A stretch of DNA of 63,332 nucleotides, counting the filler, from Octopus bimaculoides (lineage: Eukaryota): assembly GCF_001194135.2 (NCBI RefSeq). It is 6 parts of 5 records of this genome, joined end to end, with 100 filler letters (N's around TTAATTAATTAA, not from the genome) between each part and the next. Parts side by side here need not be neighbours in the genome. Positions count along the whole stretch, not along the records: positions 50,459 to 55,480 come from NC_068989.1; positions 55,581 to 60,918 come from NW_026353339.1; positions 61,019 to 63,332 come from NW_026312372.1; 3 more parts are not named here. The stretch is one strand, 5' to 3'. A model generated the notes under the pieces. That model did not search any database. It was not told the origin of the DNA and was given only the letters and a program-made list of their open reading frames with translations. The position numbers and the translations under genes were made by a program. Each line of letters begins with the position of its first letter. Within the stretch, counting starts at the first letter, position 1. This document shows, one piece after another, positions 54,301-63,332 of the stretch.

Positions 54301-54951
54301 TTGCCACACATGTTATAACAAACATTATTCTGTATTATTACACGACAAACAATTAGTTAAGAACCAGATTAGTGAGGTAGAGTGAAACAGTGATGGTATT
54401 TGTTTTATAGTCAATGAAATTTAATTTACTGTTGGTTAAAATAAGAGTGAGTGGTGAATTCATGTTTACATTGAAGCAAAGTGAAATGTGTGGAGATTAA
54501 AAACAGAATCACTCAGAAAAAAAAAAACAAGAGCATATGTGAAAGAAAAGAAAAACTGGATTCTCGTTTGCTCTTTATTTCTTTCTTCTCTTTTTTTATT
54601 TTTTGCTTTTTAATCTTCTTTTATATGTAATCTTTACATCTGCACGTTTCACTATTTTTATAGTTCTTTCAGATAAATTTAATTAACTGGATCCGAATTC
54701 AAGGAAGCGGAACTAAATTGTCCAGAGTGAATTAGCGTTGTACTGCCTTTTACGTCGTCTTCACATTCTAACAGCTTTTTGAAAGGAATCGATGACGTTC
54801 TGTAAAGAGAGAGGGAGACAGAGTGACAGAGAGAGAGAGAGAGAGAGAGACAGAGCGACAGAGAGAGAGAGAGACAGAGCGACACAGAGAGAGAGAAAAA
54901 AACGATAGAAAGAGAGGGGGGAAAAACAAGAGAAAGGTGAGAGACAACACG

Positions 54952-54990
<39 letters not shown>

Positions 54991-55159
54991 AAGCACCACG
55001 CACACAGAAGCGCATACCTGCTGACATGCGAAAAGGTGTTATATGTGAGTGTTTATATGCATATATACATTTGTATATGTACATGTCTGTGTGTGTATAT
55101 GCCTTCTTGTGCGTGTGCACGAAAGCACTATGTGTAATTGTTAATATGCGTGTATATGG

Positions 55160-55480
55160 AACAATGATATCCCGACGCTGTATGGGCTCCGTAAGGACCA
55201 CAAAGTAACAACTAATCCTGTAGTGGGACCACCATCAAGACCAGTCTGTGGAGCGAATGTCGCTAGTAACTACAGGATCTCCTACTTCCTCTCAATGATC
55301 ATACGCCCCATAATCCAGATGTCACCTGATGTCTGTGACAGCACGGAAGATCTCCTCAGCAGGATCAACGACTGCAACAACACTTGCAACCTGACAGGGT
55401 GTATAGTGGGTAGCATGGATGTGGTATCACTATACCCATCTATCGACGTGGATTTTGCAGTGGAAAAGTGCGTGGAAATG
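55160..55480 (+). mobile_element. Penelope-like element reverse transcriptase fragment (open frame, runs into gap)
   Basis: The stop-free frame reads IPTLYGLRKDHK...GPPSRPVCGAN...ISYFLSMIIRP...STEDLL...IVGSMDVVSLYPSID. This matches the PLE RT motifs (P.LYGLPK.HK, PxRPI, STxDLL, SxDVxSLYPSI). Confidence 0.8.
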
Positions 55481-55580
55481 NNNNNNNNNNNNNNNNNNNN
55501 NNNNNNNNNNNNNNNNNNNNNNNNTTAATTAATTAANNNNNNNNNNNNNNNNNNNNNNNNNNNNNNNNNNNNNNNNNNNN
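55481..55580. other. Artificial scaffold linker
   Basis: Same 44+12+44 structure. Confidence 0.95.
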
Positions 55581-55829
55581 GTGTCCCTGGGTCATTGAGT
55601 TTGTAGGGTGCAATGTAAGGTGTGTGTGTGTGTGTGTGTGTGAGTGATGAGGTTACAGCAGACTTTCAGGAGACAGGGGTGCTGGTAGTGGTGGTGGTGG
55701 TGGTGGTGGTGGGTGGATGCCCCCCCCCCTCGCCCTTTTTTTTGTTTTTGGTTTTTGCTGTTCCATTGTCAGTTATTATATACCCATACAGTTTAATTAT
55801 ATTGTATTGTGTGTGTGTGTGTGTGTAGT

Positions 55830-56006
55830 GGGGGCACATGGCTCAGTGGTTAGGGTGTTTGGCGGTCATAAGGCCGTGAGTTCCCGGTCCATGGTGGTGT
55901 GTTTTATCCTTGAGCAAGACAGTCTGTTTCATGTTCCTCCAGGCCACCGAGCTGGCAAAGATGAGTAGTAGCTGCATTTCAAAGGGGCCAGCCTTGTCAC
56001 ATCCTG
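55830..56006 (+). mobile_element. Diverged SINE family D-like head/body
   Basis: GGCACATGGCTCAGTGGTTAGGG head and the ATTTCAAAGGGGCCAGCCTTGTCACA body motif shared with family D. Confidence 0.6.
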
Positions 56007-56710
56007 TGTCTGTGGAGTACTCAACCACTTGTATGAGTAGGTTGGTTGTTCCGTTGACCAAAGCAACTGGAACCCTCATCGTTGCAGCCAAAAAAGGACC
56101 AGGCTGTATATATGATCATCGTTAGAACTATAAGGGTACACCTGTCTGTGGAGTACTCAGCCAGGTTGTCCAGTTGACCAAAGCAACTGGAACCCGCATC
56201 GTTGCAGCCAACCAAAGAACCAGGCCGTATATATGATCATCGTTAGAACAATAAGGGTACATATGTCTGTGGAGTACTCAGCCAGGTTGTTCCGTTGACC
56301 AAAGCAACTGGAACCCTCATCGTTTCAGCCAAAAAAGGACCAGGCCGTATATATGATCATCGTTAGAACTATAAGGGTACACCTGTCTGTGGAGTACTCA
56401 GCCAGGTTGTCCAGTTGACCAAAGCAACTGGAACCCGCATCGTTGCAGCCAACCAAAGAACCAGGCCGTATATATGATCATCGTTAGAACAATAAGGGTA
56501 CATATGTCTGTGGAGTACTCAGCCAGGTTGTTCAGTTGACCAAAGCAACTGGAACCCGCATCGTTGCAGCCAACTAAAGAACCAGGCCGTATATATGATC
56601 ATCGCTAGAACAATAAGGGTACACATGTCTGTGGAGTACTCAGCCAGGTTGTTCAGTTGTCCAAAGCAACTGGAACATGCGTTGTCGTAACCAGTGGGAA
56701 ACCAGGCCAT
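56007..56710 (+). repeat. 120/121-bp minisatellite derived from the SINE-D 3' end
   Basis: TGTCTGTGGAGTACTC starts at ~56007, 56143, 56264, 56384, 56505 and 56626. Confidence 0.95.
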
Positions 56711-57324
56711 CCATATATATCATCACCATCATTTAACGTCCGTTTTGCATGCTGGTATGGGTTTGACGGTTTGATGGGAGCTAAGCAAGAGGATTTCCAG
56801 CAACACGTTGTCCCCTTGAGCAAGACACTTGATTTCATGGTACTCCAGCCTTCTCAGCTGGTAAAAACGAGTTGTATCTGTATTGGAAAAGGCCAGCCTT
56901 GTCACATTGAGGCTATGCATGTCTATGGTTTACTCAGCCACTTGTTGCTCCAGACTCCCTTTCGATCAGGGAGGAATGTTGACCTGCTCACCTAGCCAGC
57001 GGGGGTGGTGTCATTCGATGGCTAAAACAATGCAAAAGTGCATTGTGACCAGCGATGTGTAACATCTGCTAGTCTGGTTGGTCATCATCATATATATATA
57101 TATATGTATATGATAGATATTAAACACATATGTGTCTGTGTATTATATTTTTTGGCTTTTACTTGTTTCAGTTATTAGGGTATGGCCATACTGGAGCACC
57201 ATCTCGAATTGTTGAACAAATCAACCTCAGTCTGGTACTTGTTCTATCTGTCTCTTTTGCCAAACTGCTAAGTTACAGGGAACATAAAATTGTCAGTCAA
57301 TGAAAAGGTGAGCAAAATGACACA

Positions 57325-57380
<56 letters not shown>

Positions 57381-57649
57381 NNNNNNNNNNNNNNNNNNNN
57401 NNNNNNNNNNNNNNNNNNNNNNNNNNNNNNNNNNNNNNNNNNNNNNNNNNNNNNNNNNNNNNNNNNNNNNNNNNNNNNNNNNNNNNNNNNNNNNNNNNNN
57501 NNNNNNNNNNNNNNNNNNNNNNNNNNNNNNNNNNNNNNNNNNNNNNNNNNNNNNNNNNNNNNNNNNNNNNNNNNNNNNNNNNNNNNNNNNNNNNNNNNNN
57601 NNNNNNNNNNNNNNNNNNTATATGGTGGGTGTGTGTGCATGTGCATATA

Positions 57650-57689
<40 letters not shown>

Positions 57690-57820
57690 TGTGAGTGAGT
57701 GTGGGTCAATGTTTTCTCCGTCAATACATACAGAACATTCCATTATTCAAGACAACAATGATCATGTTTGAATTTGTTATGCCTTCATCTGCAATTATAT
57801 CCAAACATTTTTTGGGTTGG

Positions 57821-57863
<43 letters not shown>

Positions 57864-58249
57864 ACTCACTCGCTCACAGTGAAAAAGAATGAATATACAT
57901 CAACAAACCCGCACACACACACACACACACACAAGACACACACACACAAGGCACACACACACAAGGCCGCGTATATACACCCAGTGATATGGGACAGTAC
58001 CAAACAACAATCATGGACTCCATTTCTTCTCGGGTTCCAAATCAACAGAAGACAGCCATTATAGGAAGTCAGCTGACACCACCTGACACCCGTCGCACCC
58101 CCACAAGCCCTTCAAAAATCAATGCACAACAAGAGACGGCCTCTCCCAGTCATATCAAACTGACACCATCGCAACCACCAGGGTACAATGGCTTTTTCTG
58201 TTCATTGTGTTCACTTCCATTAAATCTAGATAAAGAGATGCAGGCATGG

Positions 58250-58440
58250 CTGTCATCATCATCATCATCATCGTTTAACGTCCGCTTTCCATGCTAGCAT
58301 GGGTTGGACGACTTGACTGAGGACTGGTGAAACCGGATGGCAACACCAGGCTCCAATCTAAATTTGGCAGAGTTTCTACAGCTGGATGCCCTTCCTAACA
58401 CCAACCACTCAGAGAGTGTAGTAGGTGCTTTTATGTGTCA
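58250..58440 (-). mobile_element. RTE LINE 3' end, followed by a SINE-A fragment
   Basis: Near-identical to 13485-13645. Confidence 0.8.
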
Positions 58441-59042
58441 CCTGCGTGGTAAGAAATTTGCTTCTGATGTACACGGTTCTGGGTTCAGTCCCACTGTGCG
58501 GCTCCCCGGGCAAGTGCCTTCTGCTGTAACCCCAGACCGACCAAAGCTTTGTGGGTGTGTTTGGAAACTGAAAGAAGCCCATTGTGTGGGTGCTTGTGTT
58601 TGTGTTTGTGTGTCTGTGTCCCGTCACTACTTAACAATTGGTTTTGTCACTTAGCGGTTCAAACAAACAAAAAAGATGAATGGAAAAATATCAATCTTAA
58701 AAATAGGCGCAGGAGTGGCCGTGTGGTAAGTAGCTTGCTTACCAACCCCTTACAGGGCTGGAGGTCTCCATCTACCCTGGAGTTGCTTGAAGAATATCAA
58801 AGAGGGCACTGGAATGCCTGTAGACCTTGATTTAACCATCATTTAACCCATCTTTTATTCACATCATTAGTGGTTAGGGTGAGTGGCTCACAATCGTGAG
58901 GTTGTGAGTTCAGTACACTTTCGGTATTGGGTACTCCTTCATAGAGTAACTGCTGCATTTGTTGAGTATATAAAAAGTTTGGCTGCTTGTTTCTCTGGAG
59001 ATTGTCAGAATGATGTAGACGCCTCTGATGAGAACCCATCAG

Positions 59043-59418
59043 AATAAGCGGGAGTGGCTGTGTGGTAAGTAGCTTGCATACCAACCACATGGTTCAGTCC
59101 CCCTGCGTGGCACCTTGGGCAAATGTCTTCTACTATAGCCTCGGGCCAACCAAAGCCTTGTGAGTGGATTTGGGAGACGGAAACTGAAAGAAGCCTGTCG
59201 TATATATGTTTGTGTGTCTGTGTTTGTCCCTCCCAACATCGCTTGACAACCGATGGTGGTGTGTTTGCGTCCCCGTAACTTAGCGGTTCGGCAAAAAGAG
59301 ACCGATAGAATAAGTACTAGGCTTCCAAAAAGAATAAGTCCTGGGGTCGATTTGCTCGACTAATGGCGGTGCTCCAGCATGGCCGCAGTCAAATGACTGA
59401 AACAAGTAAAAGAGAGAG
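59043..59418 (+). mobile_element. SINE family A, young copy
   Basis: Full length with most CpGs retained. Confidence 0.9.
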
Positions 59419-60431
59419 GAACGACATTATAGGGNNNNNNNNNNNNNNNNNNNNNNNNNNNNNNNNNNNNNNNNNNNNNNNNNNNNNNNNNNNNNNNNNN
59501 NNNNNNNNNNNNNNNNNNNNNNNNNNNNNNNNNNNNNNNNNNNNNNNNNNNNNNNNNNNNNNNNNNNNNNNNNNNNNNNNNNNNNNNNNNNNNNNNNNNN
59601 NNNNNNNNNNNNNNNNNNNNNNNNNNNNNNNNNNNNNNNNNNNNNNNNNNNNNNNNNNNNNNNNNNNNNNNNNNNNNNNNNNNNNNNNNNNNNNNNNNNN
59701 NNNNNNNNNNNNNNNNNNNNNNNNNNNNNNNNNNNNNNNNNNNNNNNNNNNNNNNNNNNNNNNNNNNNNNNNNNNNNNNNNNNNNNNNNNNNNNNNNNNN
59801 NNNNNNNNNNNNNNNNNNNNNNNNNNNNNNNNNNNNNNNNNNNNNNNNNNNNNNNNNNNNNNNNNNNNNNNNNNNNNNNNNNNNNNNNNNNNNNNNNNNN
59901 NNNNNNNNNNNNNNNNNNNNNNNNNNNNNNNNNNNNNNNNNNNNNNNNNNNNNNNNNNNNNNNNNNNNNNNNNNNNNNNNNNNNNNNNNNNNNNNNNNNN
60001 NNNNNNNNNNNNNNNNNNNNNNNNNNNNNNNNNNNNNNNNNNNNNNNNNNNNNNNNNNNNNNNNNNNNNNNNNNNNNNNNNNNNNNNNNNNNNNNNNNNN
60101 NNNNNNNNNNNNNNNNNNNNNNNNNNNNNNNNNNNNNNNNNNNGCATACACACAGCAATTAAACAATGACATCACGTGGGCTTGGGGAGGGGGTTGGGGT
60201 GGGGAGCGGGCGGTCGTCCTCTGTCATGCACCTTTGGTCCCCTCCACCCTCCCCAACTTTCATTCATAAAATTTTGTTTGGGTTCAGAAAAAAACGATTT
60301 CGATTTCATTAATTTAATGAGGTCTGAGAAATAATTCTGTGGTGATAGTAGTGATGGTGGTGGTTGGTGGTGGTGGTTGTGGTACTGGCTGTGGTGTGTA
60401 GTGGTGGCGATAGTTGTAACTGTGGTGCTGA

Positions 60432-60468
<37 letters not shown>

Positions 60469-60499
60469 GGTGGTGGTATTGTTATATATGTATTGTTAA

Positions 60500-60874
60500 A
60501 TGTGTTCCCTCTAATTGTAGAGGGAACATGTGGAAGGGGCAGACCCTGGAAGACGTGAGATGAAGTGGTGAGGAAGGATATTCAGGTGTTGGTCCGCAGA
60601 GAGGGGGTTGACAGGGGACCAAGACTGCCGGCGGTTTGCTCTGCTTGAGAAGGAATGTCAAGCTAAATAAAAAGAGCATGGCTGTCCTTGCATACAGGCG
60701 CGTCCCCATGCAACCCCCTCCAGCTGAGCATCCCTAATCCTCCAGGCTCGTGGGTGCTGTTGCCACGTGAAAAGCACCTGTACCGGTGCCGCATAAAGAC
60801 ACCCGTGCCGGTGGTGTGTAAAAGCACCCAGTACACTCTGTAAAGTAGTTGGCATTAGGAAGGGCATCCAGCTG

Positions 60875-60880
<6 letters not shown>
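60500..60880 (+). mobile_element. RTE LINE 3' end (last codons + 3'UTR)
   Basis: VEGTCGRGRPWKT...RKDIQ...LEKECQAK*, followed by the AAAAGCACC-repeat 3'UTR shared with the many short copies. Confidence 0.8.
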
Positions 60881-60918
<38 letters not shown>

Positions 60919-61018
60919 NNNNNNNNNNNNNNNNNNNNNNNNNNNNNNNNNNNNNNNNNNNNTTAATTAATTAANNNNNNNNNNNNNNNNNNNNNNNNNN
61001 NNNNNNNNNNNNNNNNNN
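60919..61018. other. Artificial scaffold linker
   Basis: Same 44+12+44 structure. Confidence 0.95.
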
Positions 61019-61051
<33 letters not shown>

Positions 61052-61199
61052 GTGTAGGAGTGGCTGTGCGGAAAGTAGCTTGCTTACCAACCTCAGGTTC
61101 CGGGTTCAGTTCCACTGCGTGGTGTTTTCTACTATAGCCTCGAGCCGACCAAAGCCTTGTGAGTGGATTTGGTTGGCGGAAGCTGAAAGAAGTGTCTAT

Positions 61200-61300
61200 A
61201 AAACTAGCTTTGAAACATTGAATGGCTATCGAGGATCACCAGAATAGATTAGTAATCAAAAGGGTCCCGAGGTGAAAAACGATTGAGAACCACTCCTCTA
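61200..61300. mobile_element. Possible hAT-type MITE terminus
   Basis: Ends in AAAAACGATTGAGAACCACTCCTCTA, resembling hAT ends of the CAGTGGTTCTCAA type. The partner end was not found. Confidence 0.35.
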
Positions 61301-61703
61301 ATAATCACTAGACCAGCTAGGAATAACAGCTAGTCCTTCCTATAACCACACCGTTATATTCCTGGCATCCTGGAATATACAAGCTATTTGATCACAAGTT
61401 TAATCAAGTAAAGCCTGTCACATCCATACACACATATCTATTGTTGACATCATAAAAATTTATTAACTTCAAGAGAGCGTGAAATAATTCTTTTTAAGGA
61501 ACGGTGAATCCTGAAGCGGATAAAACTATAAAAACAAAAAGTGGAGATATTGGGATTAAAAAAAACCCTTTGATTAGAAAAATCATAAAGCTGAACGTGA
61601 GACTCTAACTCTAATCCCCTGTAAGCATGAGACCAAAACAACGCTTCGAATTTCTCCACCTACTGTAGAAACTTTATCCTTACCAATGAGGATTAAGAAT
61701 TTA

Positions 61704-62305
61704 TATTGGGTTGGCAAGAAGGTAATTTCGTTTTCCGCCACTAGATTGAGTAACGATTTTTTTAATGACTTTTGTCAATGTTATGATTTTTTAGCGATTA
61801 CTTTTAGCTTACTTTAGAAGCAAATTACGTGTAATTTTGCTTACAGCTGTTAGTTCAATTTTAACATGAAGTGCAAAATGAACATTTTTCGCCATATTTT
61901 GCTTTTTTTTTATTTCCGTAAAGGTAAGAAAGCTGCTGAGGTTCACAAAGAGATATCTGAAGTTTATGGTGTTGATTGCTTAACAGAATACACGTCAGAA
62001 ATGGTTTTTAAAATTCCGTTCTGAAGATTTTTCACTCAAAGATGACCAACTTTCTGGTCGACTTACAGAAGTTGATGATGACCGAATAGAAGCTATAATT
62101 GAATCTGATTGTCATATAACTGTGCGAGAGATTGCGGAGAGGTTAAATGTATCACACACAGCAATTGAAAATCATTTAAAATGTCTTGGACTCGTTAAGA
62201 AGCTCGATATTTGGGTTCCACATAAACTGAAAGCATTTCACTTAACGCAATGAATCAGTATTTGAGATATGCATCTCAAACGCAATGAAATTGACCTTTT
62301 TTAAA
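61704..62305 (+). mobile_element. 5' half of a second degenerate mariner element
   Basis: TA-flanked TIR-like TATTGGGTTGGCAAGAAGGTAATTTCG at ~61705 and ATG at 61866. Frameshifted translation gives FRHILLFYFRKGKKAAEVHKEISEVYG...KWF.KFRS.DFSLKD...ITVREIAERLNVSHTAIENHL...KKLDIWVPHKL, with later stops. Confidence 0.9.
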
Positions 62306-63019
62306 ACGGAGGATTTAGTTAATACGAACTTTCTTAAACATTTTGTATGACTTTTTTCTTAAACTTTTTTCTATGATGGATTTCTGCACTGTCAAACCTT
62401 TCAGAGATTTGTTTAATCTCGTTTGAAATTTAACTTTATGAAAGGCAAAAGGAATGAAAAGCATTAACANNNNNNNNNNNNNNNNNNNNNNNNNNNNNNN
62501 NNNNNNNNNNNNNNNNNNNNNNNNNNNNNNNNNNNNNNNNNNNNNNNNNNNNNNNNNNNNNNNNNNNNNNNNNNNNNNNNNNNNNNNNNNNNNNNNNNNN
62601 NNNNNNNNNNNNNNNNNNNNNNNNNNNNNNNNNNNNNNNNNNNNNNNNNNNNNNNNNNNNNNNNNNNNNNNNNNNNNNNNNNNNNNNNNNNNNNNNNNNN
62701 NNNNNNNNNNNNNNNNNNNNNNNNNNNNNNNNNNNNNNNNNNNNNNNNNNNNNNNNNNNNNNNNNNNNNNNNNNNNNNNNNNNNNNNNNNNNNNNNNNNN
62801 NNNNNNNNNNNNNNNNNNNNNNNNNNNNNNNNNNNNNNNNNNNNNNNNNNNNNNNNNNNNNNNNNNNNNNNNNNNNNNNNNNNNNNNNNNNNNNNNATAT
62901 ATATATATATATATATATACAAACAAATAAACATACACACATCCACGACAAACCGAACAGAATACACTGCAAGACAATAATATCAGGCTCCAGAATCATG
63001 CAGTTATACACTACTAAAC

Positions 63020-63260
63020 AACTGAACTACATTATCATATCACTGTACTAAACCACATTATCTTATCACTCTACTGAAGTACATTATCATACCATTCTAC
63101 CAAACTACATTATCATGCCATATACCAAACTACATTATCATAACACTCTTCTAAACTATATTATAATACCACTCTACTAAACTACATTATCATACCACTC
63201 AACTAAACTACATTATCATACCACTCTAAACTACATGCAATATCATACCACTCGATCAGA
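63020..63260 (+). repeat. Degenerate ~26-bp tandem repeat
   Basis: About 9 copies of AAACTACATTATCATACCACTCTACT. Confidence 0.85.
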
Positions 63261-63332
63261 CATCATCATACCACACGCCCTGTCTTTCTCATCATGCCAC
63301 ACTCCCAGACAACATTATCAATTTGCACAGAC

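Noticed and set aside
56007-56710. Regular array considered as a CRISPR-like or ribozyme array
   Set aside because: The units are whole-unit tandem copies with no unique spacers and no hammerhead core, in eukaryotic context.
59360-60175. Long X-filled ORFs (and similar at 2.1, 8.1, 16.2, 34.0, 38.3, 46.8, 57.3, 62.3 kb)
   Set aside because: They are open only because N runs contain no stops.

Overview
AT-rich, microsatellite- and retroposon-saturated eukaryotic DNA. The repeat content suggests an octopus or other coleoid cephalopod draft scaffold (inference). The only host protein-coding sequence I can support is one 88-nt exon (14191-14278, +) that matches MON2 as I recall the human protein. 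Almost all ORFs in the supplied track are artefacts of microsatellites, N-gaps or repeats. The rest of the window consists of at least three tRNA-derived SINE families, many 5'-truncated RTE-type LINE copies, two dead mariner transposons, an open Penelope-like RT fragment, minisatellites and five artificial N44-TTAATTAATTAA-N44 scaffold linkers. The most notable signal is a set of minimal type-I hammerhead ribozyme motifs in three unrelated non-coding repeat contexts: about 2.4 kb, 17.4/17.8 kb and 37.9/38.2 kb. One sits in a tRNA-headed SINE-like unit inside a ~500-bp palindrome, and another in an element that appears to have inserted, inverted, into a copy of itself. Together with the Penelope RT these suggest a Penelope-mobilised, ribozyme-carrying retroposon system. 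SINE copies left of the 28.8-kb join show heavier CpG decay than those to the right, consistent with gene-body methylation of MON2. All alignments and folds were done by eye; repeat boundaries are approximate.
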